Positions 1 to 12,427 of a stretch of 64,000 nucleotides of DNA are shown piece after piece (the first letter of the stretch is position 1; each line of letters opens with the position of its first letter). A program made the position numbers and the translations under genes. The notes under the pieces are model-generated. The model saw nothing but the letters and a program-made list of their open reading frames with translations, was not told where the DNA came from and searched no databases. Source of the DNA: Parasitella parasitica NRRL 2501 (taxonomy: Eukaryota; Fungi; Mucoromycota); assembly GCA_025201805.1 (NCBI GenBank), contig MU619238.1, forward strand, positions 199,970 through 263,969, read 5' to 3'.

Positions 1-1158
1 TCTTGCCGCTGCACAGTGGCTGCTATATTGGAAGAACGTTTTCTGGAGATGATGAAGGAGACAGCCCAAAAATAAAAAATAAAAAAACGAGGAAAATCAA
101 GTGTAAATAACTATCGAAAATCTTGAACGATGAATTCTACCACTAAATATAAGCGTCCAAACAGAAACTGAAGCAATTTAAACGTCTCTAAATATGTATA
201 CACTCTTTGAGGATGTATCCATTAGCTGTGTTTTTCAATTTTCTGTTTAGAAGTATTTGACCACAGATATCGATGGCTAAATTGCGCCAAATGCACATCG
301 CATTTGATTGCCATGTACGCCAACAATTATCATTTAAATCAAATACCTCATTCAAATTACATCTCGAAAACCCGCTTCTCATCCGACATTACACATTAAA
401 TGTATGGCTAATGAAGTTATTGATTGAAGACATCAACATCGCTAAGCTCGGTAGTTGTGTCAAGTAAGAAGCACTAAAACTTGAAAATTGACAAGACCTC
501 GCACCTGCTAAAAGTTTTTATAGGTTTGGTAGATCCTGAATTCGAATTTATGAGAAAACGAGGTATACAGGTTCACTCAAGTAATGCTCTCTTTAAAGCC
601 TTTGTAAAGATATTCTGGTCGAACATTAGACAATGCCACAAAAAAAGCAATAGCGGTGGTTACTGGACTTGTTGCTGATTCGTATATAGCTTATAATACT
701 ATGCCACCTATATTACTCATTATATAAGGCTTTATTATTCTGAATACATGTTTTTTTCTCATTGGGAAGGAGTAGCAAAGATTGCATGCTGATCCAAGTA
801 CTGCATCATCCTATAATTTCTACGTAGGATAATTGCCCAGTCTACGAAATCTAAAAAGGCAAAAAAAAAAAACATTGCTCTCATGTAAAATAAGACACCA
901 TTATACACATTGTTGTTTCAGGTTGTATAGTATTTAATACGAGACAAACATCAACAATAATATAAGTCAAGATGCAAGTGTGCAGATCGCGGATAATATA
1001 TATATGGTAAATATAAATATAGCACTGTATGTAAAGTTTGAAAGGTATGTAGAGGAGGAATTATAATTCATTATCTTGATGTTGTATTTTTAAGGAGTGT
1101 GTACTGTATTTGAGATAAGAGGATATATAATTGCTATTATCGACAGACCCAGTAATTA

Positions 1159-2267
1159 TTATGGAAACTATACAAAAACGTGAGTAATAGTGCAAACACA
1201 ACTCCTGCCCTTTATCACATACATAATTACTAGGAACAATACCAACGGTGCCATCTCCCTTTCTTGCTTGCCACCAATTACCGCTTTTATTCAGGATTTC
1301 TAACTCTTCTCCCTTTACAAAGCTGATTTCGTTTGGGTCATCAGGATTAGCCGTATCTATAAATATAAGGAGTAAAACACTTAATACTGTATCCTAACAT
1401 CTGCTCGACAAACATAGAGAGAGAAAGAGAGAGAAAGAAACTTACAGGCATGAACTGCAGTGGCTGTTGGATTTTGTTGCTGCTGCTGCTGTTGTTGTTG
1501 TTCTGATGCCAGACCGGGGGAATTCAATACAGAAGATTGATGGATACTAGTCATTGAGCTTTGCTGATGATGTTGATGGGTGTAACCAGTCGCTTCGGGT
1601 GAAGATAAAGCAACTTTGCTTTCTTTGGGGCTGCCATGTAATCCAATGGCTGCCACATTTTGTGATTTAGGAAAAGTGAATCCCGAGTAAATCAGTTGAA
1701 ACACGGCAGATTCCTCTGAACAACCAAAGACAATGACCCAAAAAAACTTGTTTGGTGGTTAGATATCAAAACAAGTGTACCCAAATCCAACCTCTCACCT
1801 GCATGACAATCAAAATAACAGCACCTGCGCCAGCCGCTTGATTTCCAGCGGAATCGTAGCCCATTAATCCATTGATGGTGGTTGTTAAAAGGGAGATACT
1901 TATACCTAAAAATGCTAAAAACTATATATTTATATATATATATATAAAAGTAAGAAACGTTTGCCATTATCAAGCGTCCATTATTGTCTTATTACCATGA
2001 TCTGATGATGATGAAATACATTTCGGTAAATGCTAAAGAATATGGCACCGAGTAAAAGCAGTTCGTAAATGACAATCCACCAGAGCAAACCAGCTTTGCC
2101 TATAATACAAGCGCCAATAAAAGCGATTAGCCAGCCTACCTGCAGAAATGTTTAGTCCCTTGGCTCCTCATTTAATACATGTGCCTGAAAAAATATTTTA
2201 CCACTGACATGATAGCCGAAACCAAGACGATTGGATTTTTTGTAATGTGTGTAATATTCAATTGCAT
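1159..2267 (-). CDS. SHO1: Sho1-like osmosensor (4 TM segments + C-terminal SH3), 6 exons
   Basis: Manual splicing gives [22 protein letters not shown] / [28 protein letters not shown].. / ..[13 protein letters not shown] / [13 protein letters not shown]..polyQ..ATAVHA / [45 protein letters not shown] / FP*. The SH3 sequence is typical of Sho1 and the introns are GT-AG. Confidence 0.9.
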
Positions 2268-3450
2268 TTTATTTTCTATCTAACGTAAACAATAGAAACA
2301 GAAAAGTGTAAGGAAAGGAAGGAGATAAATTTAAATGGGTGGGTGAGGGGGGAAGAGGACTCTGATGCCCTTGATGTAAAACGTATAAAATAGGAGAGCA
2401 AGAGAGAAAGAAAAAAAATTGTAACAAAGAAAATTATATATCAATTTAAATCAGGTAACGCAAGAATAATAGATCCTCTTTGTCTGTTCCAAAAACTTTA
2501 TTGTTCTGATAGTCCAATGCCAATTGACATTTTTGAAAACACTTTACGCTTTTCTCTATTGACGCTTTAGACTATGCAAATTTGTACATCTGAAAAACTT
2601 AAATTGCACTTTTTGGAAACTCGATTTTGCCATATCAGTTTGCGTTTAAACATAAGCATCAAAGGCTAAAACTATCAATATTTGTTTTTCAAAGAGTCTA
2701 TACCCAGAGACATTTTTAAACATGTTTACAGAATGGCATCTTATGTTCCTGAGATATGGCCTTATCTCAGTCACTCTTAATTTTAAATCATCGGTACTGT
2801 TCTTTTGACATTGTCTCTGACCAATTCAAATCATGCCATATAATTTGTTTATTTGAAGCTCATGATATTTATCTGATGCGTTTCCGCCGACAAAACGTGT
2901 GATGAGAAAATCATAGATTTTTTGCGAGGGTTTACAAGAAACAACGGATGGAAAACATTTCTCAAAAATGAACAGCTTTTTGCTATAGGTCTTTTTAGTC
3001 GAAAATGATTAGATTTAGTTATGCTTAAAATGGACTTTTGGTCGAAAAAACAATAGCCAAAGCAAAAAAAACATAATGTCGGGAAATGAATACTTTTACC
3101 ACCACCACCACCATTTAACATCAGATCTCAATGAATGGAAGCATACGAATTGCTCCATAAGGAAGACTGGCCATAATATAAGGTCAAAATGAAAAGGTGT
3201 ATACCCAAATTGTGGTGCTGAGAAGCTTGAAAAAGTTTTTAAAAGTGCTCCAACTGCCGAAAATCGTCGAGCATTAATCAATCCCTGTTTTGATCCTCAG
3301 GTCAGTTGTCCGGTTAGGGGAAAAAAAAAGCCTCTGTAACGCCCGCCCCCCCCCCACTCTCTCGATCTTCGATGCCTAAAACGAAATAAAATGGTAACAC
3401 CTGCAATCCAGTAGCCGCATCTCTTTTCTTCCCATCGAATTTAGCAAATA

Positions 3451-4575
3451 ATGCAAGGAATGAAATATGGATTAAATATGCAGAAAAAGAAAGCGTCTAG
3501 CACTGCCAAACCTATGTTTCGTCGTGCTAATGCATTTGGCGATGCCAGCGATGACGACGAGGACGGCGACAACATGGAGGAGCAAAAACAGAACACAAAA
3601 AACCAAAAAGCAAAAGCCCAAGTCAATAAGCAACTTTCAAGCTACAATACTATGACCAAAAAGATTGCTGAGCAACAAGCCAAAGCATTAGAAGAAGATC
3701 CCAACATTTTTGACTACGACGCCGTCTACGACGATCTCAAAGACGCAGAGAAGAAGAAAAAGGAAGCCGTCAAGCCCTCCGCCAAAAAGGCCAAATACAT
3801 ATCCGGTTTATTAGAAATGGCAGAGATTAGAAAGAGAGACCGCGTGCTTGCTGAAGAAAAGAAAATAGCAAGGGAAAGAGAAGCAGAAGGCGACGAGTTT
3901 GCTGATAAAGACGTCTATGTAACAGAAGCATTTAAAAAGCAAAAGGAAGAGTTGGAGCGTATCGAGAAGGAAGAAAAAGAACGTGAAGCATTAGCGGATA
4001 AAACGAGAGGCATGGATCAATTTTATAAACGAGTTTTAGAGAAGAAAGAAGCAGAACATCAAGCGTTAATGAAAGCCGTAGCGGATAAAAGCAAGAATAG
4101 AAAATCAGAGTCAAAACCCGTAATAGTTGACGAGGACGATGTAAAATTGGCTGAACGAGCAACAAAAGAAGGCAAGGCTGTCATGGTCAATGATAACAAC
4201 GAGATTGTGGATAAAAGACAGCTATTAGGCGCTGGACTGAACGTCAAGCCAAAATTTGGTACACTGGGCTCTTTAGCTGCGTCGGATGATCGCATCAAAG
4301 AGCGCATGGCAGAATATGAGGAATACAAGCAAAAAAAGGTACAGGAATATGAGTCAAGACGAAGGCAAGGTAGAGACAGTGATGAACGTGAGCGTCTCAG
4401 CAAAGAAGTGGAGAAACAGATGATGGAGGTCAAGCAAAAGGAAAAGGAAGAACGAGAGCAAAAGCAAAAGGAATTAGAGGCGCGGGCGACTGCAAAACGC
4501 ACAACAGACGATGTTGCTATGAGTGCGAGAGATCGTTATTTAGCAAGAAAGAAACAAAAATTGCAGGAGAAATAA
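3451..4575 (+). CDS. DUF2040 coiled-coil protein (NSRP1/CCDC55-like nuclear speckle splicing regulator)
   Basis: Intronless 374-aa K/E-rich ORF with EDPNIFDYDAVYD..KYISGLLEMAEIRKRDR..EREAEGDEFADKDVYVTEAFKK, characteristic of DUF2040. Confidence 0.85.
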   Translation: MQGMKYGLNMQKKKASSTAKPMFRRANAFGDASDDDEDGDNMEEQKQNTKNQKAKAQVNKQLSSYNTMTKKIAEQQAKALEEDPNIFDYDAVYDDLKDAEKKKKEAVKPSAKKAKYISGLLEMAEIRKRDRVLAEEKKIAREREAEGDEFADKDVYVTEAFKKQKEELERIEKEEKEREALADKTRGMDQFYKRVLEKKEAEHQALMKAVADKSKNRKSESKPVIVDEDDVKLAERATKEGKAVMVNDNNEIVDKRQLLGAGLNVKPKFGTLGSLAASDDRIKERMAEYEEYKQKKVQEYESRRRQGRDSDERERLSKEVEKQMMEVKQKEKEEREQKQKELEARATAKRTTDDVAMSARDRYLARKKQKLQEK

Positions 4576-4607
4576 TAAAAACTCGTATGTTTATTAGGTT
4601 GATGGAT

Positions 4608-5850
4608 TCAAGATCTTGCCTCTTGAAGTATAGCATGGTAGTTGACTGAATTACGTTTTAAAATGTCCATGACAGGGCCCAGCAATCGTGTAAAGGCTGC
4701 TTTTCCTAATGTAACGCATTTCAAATCTCCTTTCGCAACAACAGTAGCAGCTCTGGGTTTATCTGTCAGTAATGCGAGTTCTAGGTTTGTGTATGATGAA
4801 CAGGTTAGCACATATATAGAGTACATCAACTGTGACACACTTGCCTCCAAAGTAATCACCATGCTTCATTTCATTCACCAGCTGAAACTGACCGCCATTT
4901 TCAGTCTTGTAAAAGAGAGCATGTCCACGCTCAATCAAGTAGAAATTCTCGCCCGCATCGCCTTGATTCAGCACGACTTCCTTGTCATGAAACGAAACAG
5001 GCTCCAAGGCATCAGCAATTTTGTGCATCTCAGCCAATTCCAATGATTGAAACAAGGGAACACCCTTTAAGAACTCTTCGTGCATTAAACGCTTTTTGGA
5101 GTTGTGATCCATCAAAATGGACCGAAACGATACTCGATCCAAGGCCCACAGGATAACATCTGACGTTGCTTTGATGGTAGCTGCACGTGGTGCGTTATAC
5201 ATCAAGGCCAACTCGCCGAAATTCCCACTTCGCTCATAGCGAGTGACAAGTGTATTATCCACGTAGCAATCCAGTGTGCCGCTCGAGACAATATAGAAAA
5301 AGTCGCCGACCGCACCTTGCTCAATCACAACATCGCCTTTACGAAATCGCTTCTCCTCCATGCAGTCAATGACGTCTTGACGTTGATCCTCTTCCAATGT
5401 CTTGTACAGGAAATGGCATTGTAAGGAGCTAGTGATCATGTCGATCTCAGCCTGTGGTTTGGGGATCTTTTTTTTCTGCGTCTTTTGTGTCGGCTGCAGC
5501 GATTCTGCACTGACAGAAACTCGACGGTTTCTGAGATTTGTGTTTTTCTGGAAGTTTGGGAGATGGTCAGATACCATGTCTTCATCTTCATCCACTTTGT
5601 GGAGAGCATGGATTTCTTGCTCTTTGGCGTAGGGATTTATACCACCTGTTTGGCTGTCTGATGTAGTGGATTGATGAGATCGATTTTGAGACCTTTCCTC
5701 CAGCAGCTTTTGAAGAAAAAAATCAAAACAAAACTGGAGTGTGTCTTCAGGGTTTCTTTGCTTCACTTGCTGATTCAATTCGTGAATCAGATTTTGATAC
5801 TCCTGTGATGAGGCAGGCTGTGTGGAAAATGGATGTACACTATCAGGCAT
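4608..5850 (-). CDS. pkaR: cAMP-dependent protein kinase regulatory subunit, 2 exons (intron 4781-4844)
   Basis: N-terminal D/D helix ([22 protein letters not shown]), inhibitory site RRVSVSAES, and two cNMP cassettes [15 protein letters not shown] and (spliced) [15 protein letters not shown]. Confidence 0.95.
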
Positions 5851-6018
5851 TTTTTATTATATGTAACGAAAAAAAAAAAAAAAAAGAGAGATAAAGACGA
5901 TATTTACTCGGGCAATTTCTCAGCTTAGACCATTCTATGTAATCATGCAAAAAAAGAAAAAAAAAGAAAAAAGAGAAACATGAATGAGACATTTCCAATA
6001 CATCAAACTTACAGTAGC

Positions 6019-6715
6019 CTACCTTGGCAATTCAAATTTTTGGCCTTGTTTGATCACCTTTACATAGTAGATGTAGAAAAAGTCGCTGTACAATGCCGTC
6101 TGAATAAACCCTGCCACCCAAGCAATCCAGTCTGTGTGTCCTTCATCAATGTATCTATACACCCAATTCAGCAAATACAGTCCTCTGTAAGCTCCCAATG
6201 CAAACAAGTAGTGCGTAGTGATTGTTTCGGCCTCGCCCGTTCTTTGCAGCATGAACAGCTGTGGCAAAATGGCAACAGATTCCAGCCAGATTGAGAAGCT
6301 CCAAAGTATCTCAATCGCGGTATATACATAGGTGGTTGCTACGCCAACTATGGCTGCTCCAACCAGCAAATATTCGATTCTAAAAAGGTCCAATCCAGCA
6401 TCATTAGTGGCCTTGTATTTGAAACGCATCAGATACACAATGTAGAGGGAGGAGGCGATGAAAAATATCTTCATCACTGTGTTGTAGATGGAAACTCTTT
6501 TCACAAAGAGATCCAAATAACGTGTCAAGAACACAATAGAGTACAGCAATTGCGTTTTAAACGAGATGCCTTTTATCCTTAAGGGTTAGTTATACACCCA
6601 CCACATGTGCGCAATGACACTTACCAATGCAGGATTTGGTCTTTCTTATCTTTAATAAGAGAATGAAAATGGATGCTAAATGCATTATGTCTGCTACAAG
6701 TCGAAATATATTCAT
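6019..6715 (-). CDS. ERD2: ER lumen protein-retaining (KDEL/HDEL) receptor, 2 exons
   Basis: MNIFRLVADIMHLASI..SCI / GISFKTQLLYSIVFLTRYLDL..SIWLESVAILPQL..GEAETITTHYLFALGAYRGLY..QTALYSDFFY. Confidence 0.95.
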
Positions 6716-6789
6716 TTTGCTGTGAATTCGACAAAAGACAGAGAGAGAAAGCCGCCATGCAGTTCATTTAGAACGGTTTTAAAGGGGCC

Positions 6790-6806
6790 TACGTGACTTT
6801 ACGTGG
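6790..6806. promoter_or_regulatory. Tandem TACGTG (UPRE-2/bZIP-like) elements upstream of ERD2
   Basis: TACGTG at 6790-6795 and 6800-6805, 10 bp apart and 75-90 bp upstream of the ERD2 ATG. Confidence 0.4.
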
Positions 6807-7720
6807 ATAGGGGGTAATTTGGCGCACTGCACTATGGAATTCGCAAAAATAGCATCAACACACTGCTGGCAATGACATGTAACAGCAGTCTTGACGTGCT
6901 ATTGGTAATGGTGATACAACTAGTAGATTTCTTCTGGTTGCCGACAGTTCACGTAAAATACAAAAACACCAATGGAACCAAAAGCACGTATGCTGCTCAA
7001 CAATGCTAATGCCAACGAAAACATAACACTGTAGCTGATTGTGCGTGCTAGATATGCTGATGTTGCATTTGTGACCAATGTTCTAGGATATCTAGCAAAC
7101 AAATACCAAATTATCTCATTCCGATACTCTTGCGTAAGAGGATCAATCATTATCGCTCTTTCTGTCGAATACTTACATAGATGGTGCAACATGTTACGCA
7201 GACAATCTAGACATTGCATTGCGTTGTGACAAGGGGATGAATATTCTAGTAAGGTAGGCGTGTTAGCATCTATGTTAAGAAACCCCACCCCCACCCCCTC
7301 CCATTTGATGAGAGTGGCTATGCCAAGTTAAATCACTAATTTCTACCTCCATAATCTTGCATAGTCGCACTGACAAAATCCTCGTCAAAACAAAATACGC
7401 CAGTTGACGTTGATTGGCCCAGCTATAAACAGTTTTCAAGCATTGTTTTATTACATCTACTGATGCTCTTACTGTAACGATATACACAACCAAATTTTGG
7501 GGTATACATGCGTATAAATATTAGAGAATCATACGGCCTTATTTAATTTACAAAGTGATATCTTGGAGGCCCCATCCAAGTCCTAAAGGGTGCGCTTTTA
7601 CTACCATGTAAACTCACGAATCGATTGTCTCACAAGTAAACCATTGAGTGTTGGCTTTATTTTTTATATTATAAAAGTTATTATTATTGCTATTATTACT
7701 ATTGCTATTGCTGTATTTAT

Positions 7721-8909
7721 TTATTTAATGTTAGTAGTTATACTTGACAAAGTGCTCTGTTTTTTCGGAGCGGCCATGTTGTTGCTGTCGCCTATTTCCA
7801 TGGAGGTTAATGCAGCATCCAAACTAGTCATGCTAGTCGGACGACTCAGTGGTTTCCTTTCTGTAGAACTTGCAGATACACTGCCATTATTGCTCAAGCG
7901 ATGCTGTTGCTGGTGGTGGCTGTATTCCAACAGCTCGGCTTGTGACAATCTAACAGACAATTTGGATGAAGAGGGTGATTTGTTGCCATTGTTGGTATGC
8001 GAAATAGAGGACCGAATAGAAGCTGCACGAGAAGGAGCTCGAGGAAAAGTGGATATGTGGTGTTCGGCTAAAAATTGCTCTAAAAAGTCGACAATCAAAG
8101 GCTCTTTCATGGCAGATAATTTATACTCGTCAAATGACTAATTGCATATACACGTTAATGATTGTGTGTCATCTTGTCTCCATACACTATACTACCAATC
8201 GTCCGTCGTTATCGACATCAAAGTCCTTAAACATATGCTCGATCATCTCTTTGATTTCGTTAGTTCGATCTTCCTTTGAAAAGGTCACTGACTGACAAAT
8301 GGAATCAGCTGCATTACCAACAAGTTTTGTGAACAGACATTTACCAGTTTCAACATGACTCTTTCAAGCTCTGTGTTTGTTAAATAGCCATCCTTGTTCA
8401 CGTCGTATAATTTGAATGACACTATACATGTAGTATTGAGTTTATGGATTTTCCCACACAATTTTTTTTACACACTACATGTTAATTTTTCCTCTGGGGT
8501 GCCTTTCATAAACACACTGAGGCCGTCCACAAATTCGCTGAAATCAATCGCCTTGTTATTATCGACGTCGAATGCCGAGTACAGCTGCTCCAAGAAAACA
8601 TCATCGTTCGACGACACCGATGGCACATATTTTCTTACAGTCTATCGATTAGAACACGCAGTTTAGATACAGCAGTCTGCAGACACAATGGATAACCAAA
8701 CCTCTTTGAATACTTGCTGTGTTATGTTGGTATTGTTTGAATGAGAAGTAGCGTCCACCTTGTGTCGGAGATCATGAATCTCTTTTTTCGTAACTGCTCA
8801 TCAGGACGTTTGTTATTTCATGTTTATCAGGGGGGATTGTGTACTTACAGTGTGTTTTCTTTGACAAAATGTTGTTTTCTTGACGTTCTCTGCTTTTCGT
8901 TTGTCCCAT
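7721..8909 (-). CDS. Neuronal calcium sensor (NCS-1/frequenin)-like myristoylated EF-hand protein with Ser-rich C-terminal tail, ~6 exons
   Basis: Spliced MGQTKS..KTH/FTKKEI; EF loops AFDVDNNKAIDFSEF, LYDVNKDGYLTNTE, FDVDNDGRL/SFDE; MGxxxS myristoylation motif. Confidence 0.85.
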
Positions 8910-9534
8910 TGCAAATCTATAAAGAGAGAGAGAAAATAAAAATAAAAATAAAAATAAAAAAAAAAAGACTGAAATAGAAATGAAAATAAAAGTTCTTAAA
9001 ATAAAAAAAGAGAGTATAAAGGTAATTCTTCACCTCACCCCATTATTTGCTTTGCTACACAAAAAAAGCAATGTTGAACATCATCCAATTGGGATCCTGG
9101 ATTTGTCTCTTCCAGGCTTTAGAGTTGTCGTAGTAAGGCTGCAAATCATATATGCTGCACTGCGTGTGTACACTTATGTCAGGAGATATATACACATGGG
9201 TGGCAAATTGACATGTCCACTTGAACAATGCAAACGCTCAATACAATTTGGTGCGCCAGACAATAAAGTAGCACAGTTTGCACTGCACTGTTTCTTGGTC
9301 ATGTTTGAACATGCTCGGCAGGGTTGAAGCACATGCATTTATAAATCCAATTGTAGTGTTATTTTGTCTAAACTGACAGAGCAATTCATTTTCGAATGTT
9401 CCCTTGGAACTTTTGCCACTTGAATGACCAACATCAGCTAGACTTAGAGGTCTTAAATTCCTAACGTAGGACGTGAGTTTATTCTATTTCGAGTACTACA
9501 TGAGGTCTGAATGGGCAATTGCTCTCAAGAATTA

Positions 9535-11991
9535 TCAGCACTTGATAGCATTCACATTTCTATTTAACTCATTTACAATTACACTTGCGACTGCTTCGTT
9601 CGATTTATGTCTTGTTGTCGAGTTTGAAGAATTATGTTTCGTAGATTGAGAAGTCTGTTGGCTGTTGGAAATAATGCCATGAATTCTTTTCAAATGATCC
9701 ATGAAAAAAGATCTCGGCGGGCACCTTTTATCGCATCTGGCACAATAACAATCAGCGGCTTCGAGGTCAATCTCGGCGTTAGGGTTTGGAAGAGGTATGA
9801 AATAGGGCCCTAAATCCATTTTGTGTACTTGCTTGCAATGCAACCGGTGTTTAAGCTCTGATCTTTTGAATTTTTTGCAAATTCGACAGTAGAATGTTGG
9901 ATCATGTGGGTCTGGTAAATTAGGATCGGTGTATACTCTTGGTTTCGGACGACCATTATTTTCAGGGATGATATACTCAATTACAGATCCACTGCGGTGG
10001 ATGGTGACCCGTTTGACAGGTATAGACTGATTGGCAATAGGGGGAACGGTATCAGACGGGTCTTGTTCGCTCTGCAGGGGACCATTACTAGAAGTGTGAA
10101 GAGATTTATTAAAAGAAGCCAAATCGGTATAGGAAGCACCCTTCAAGGTATCAGCAACAGCTGCTTCTGTAGTACGTTCTTGAGTAGATGAAAGTGGTTC
10201 CGCGATAGGACAAGTCTGGGTATTGCTATTACTGGTGGTGGGGCGATCAGCCCTGTTTTCCAATTGAGCAGCGACATCTATATTGTGTGCTTGTTGAAGG
10301 TGCAAGTTATATGCCTGTGGAGAACTGTAAATCTCTTTGCAGGTTCGACAACAATGATTAGGGTCATTGATCACTGGCTGCTGTATCGATGAATGTTTCC
10401 ACCGAAAATGAGATTGGCAGGATGCGCCAGTACGAAAGTATCTATCACAAGTGCTGCAATGATACCGTGGTTCTTTTGCTGGCTCTGACCTGACCATTGC
10501 ATGGATTTTTTCCAAGTGTCGCTTGAAAGGTTTTTTCGTCTTAAATTTTTTGTTGCATATAACGCAGTGATTACTCTCATTGCGCGGGTCTCGTGAGCGG
10601 GTTGGTCTCATTTTATGGCCATAGTCTACTGGCTTAAGCTCCATTTTGTGTGCCAAGCGACAATGTTGCCTGTAATGTCCCCATTTTTCAAAATCCATGC
10701 TGCACACTCGGCAACGCAGGCTTGACTCCTGTGGAGAACGAGCATCGTTCTGGTCATGCTGTTCTATAAAACCATGAGCATCAAATTTATGGACCTTTAC
10801 ACAGTGATCATGAAACGTTTTCCTCGATAAAAGATCGAGTTCGCAAGATGGACAATAACAGCTGTCGCTGTGCCAATCGGGCATGAGCTCAGGATGTCGT
10901 ATCAGGTTAATATTGTGCATATCATTCAAGTGGCCACGAAATCTATTTGGATTACGAAAAAGTTTATCGCATGGACGGCAATAGTTGTATGGGTTATTTA
11001 GGTCTGGCTCCAAACAAGGATTGGCTCTTGGGCCGAATGAGCTGATTCTATGTGTTGTGTTCAAATGTCTGTAGTAGGAGTCCTTTGTTTCACAGGCAAG
11101 ATCGCAAGCGCCACAGTAAAATTCGGGAGCGTGCATGTTAGATGAAAGTGCTTGTTCGAGAGAGACCTTGCACGATTTAATCATCATATGGTGAACCCAC
11201 TGTAAATGCATTCGATAGTTTCCTTGAGAGCTGTAACTTTTTTCACAAGTTCGGCAATAGAAATTTGGGTCTTCCAGGAGAGGTTCTAGCTCAAAGTTAC
11301 TGCTCTTGGTCAGTCTATACTTTAGTTTGTGCGCTGATTCAAGGTGGTCAAAGTATTGCATATGGTCTGTCATTTTCCTGTCGCATACACGGCAACAATA
11401 GTAGCAGTTGCGATCATTGGAAAAGACTAGTACAAAGTGTCAAAACTTGTATTTTCTGTTCTTTTGTGGATTGAGCATACCGGGATCTCCTTCCAAATGA
11501 GAAACGTCTTCAGCTATCTGCTCTTTCTTGATCTCTTCCATAACTATGCTTGAGTGTTGGCTATCATCTTTATCTCTCCCCAACACTTCATCTTCCTCCT
11601 CGCTCCCTTCCACGTCTAGTTCCTCTATTGCTTCATCCTCATTGTTGTCGGTTGCTCTGCCACGCTCTGACACGCTTTTAATTTCGATAACAGGTTTCTG
11701 CTCGTTTATAGCGATTCCACCCACTGTATTCATAGAATCTATTTCACTTTTAACATTACAGTCTTCGCTTTTTGCTGTGTTAGCAGCTCTTGATTCATTG
11801 CTGTCTACAGTTATTTGCTCCTCTGCTATTGGCACATGGTAGAGCTCTTCATCACTAAAGAATCCGTCGCTATTGCCATCATCTCTTATACTTTTGCTGG
11901 CTATAGGCACGTCGGGGAGGCCTTCTTCATACGATAAGTTTGGCTCTCCAATAACAGCTTTACTTTTCTTTTGCTTCTTCCTTATATGCAT
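9535..11991 (-). CDS. Multi-C2H2 zinc-finger protein (11 fingers) with acidic N-terminal region; intron 11427-11480; 5' end uncertain
   Basis: Eleven CX2C-X12-HX4H motifs. A GT-AG intron joins ORFs 11440-11991 and 9535-11373 in frame and restores the first finger CRVC..HLESAH. Confidence 0.85.
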
Positions 11992-12286
11992 CAGTAAATG
12001 AAAGGTTTACATGTAATTTGACAAACAGATGAAATAGAGTAATAACTGACTGTCCATAAGCCACTATTGGAATTTGGAGTAAAATATATGCATGCGTTTG
12101 CCTGTCAATGATACAAGTATTCTCTTTTGGCTGGTATATAGTACTCACACCAAGGAACACGTATATCTTGGTTATCCATAAAATAGAGTAGAAGACACAT
12201 CATGTTGCAATTGAAAATATTTATAGGAACATTAGTATTTGAAGTCAATGTAAAAAGAAATGTTTTATGTATATGATGAAGTTTCC

Positions 12287-12317
<31 letters not shown>

Positions 12318-12332
12318 NNNNNNNNNNNNNNN
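12318..12332. other. Assembly gap (N run) adjacent to poly-T
   Basis: 15 N bases after a long T homopolymer. Confidence 0.99.
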
Positions 12333-12427
12333 TGATGAACTGAGCAAATAATGAATTCTATGGAATAAACTTATCATTTAGGTCAAACAATATATGAAAA
12401 AGAGTGGAATAAATGTAAAAATGCAAA

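Noticed and set aside
188-678. Short ORFs at the window start
   Set aside because: About 64 aa each, with no recognisable motif or coherent splice model; possibly decayed sequence
6834-7493. Possible spliced + strand gene between ERD2 and the NCS-like gene
   Set aside because: Splice-like signals exist, but every exon combination I tried hit stop codons and showed no homology
8980-9420. ORF 8980-9327 and an antisense coding-like stretch
   Set aside because: Starts in an (AAAATA)n repeat; no motif; the antisense frames are interrupted
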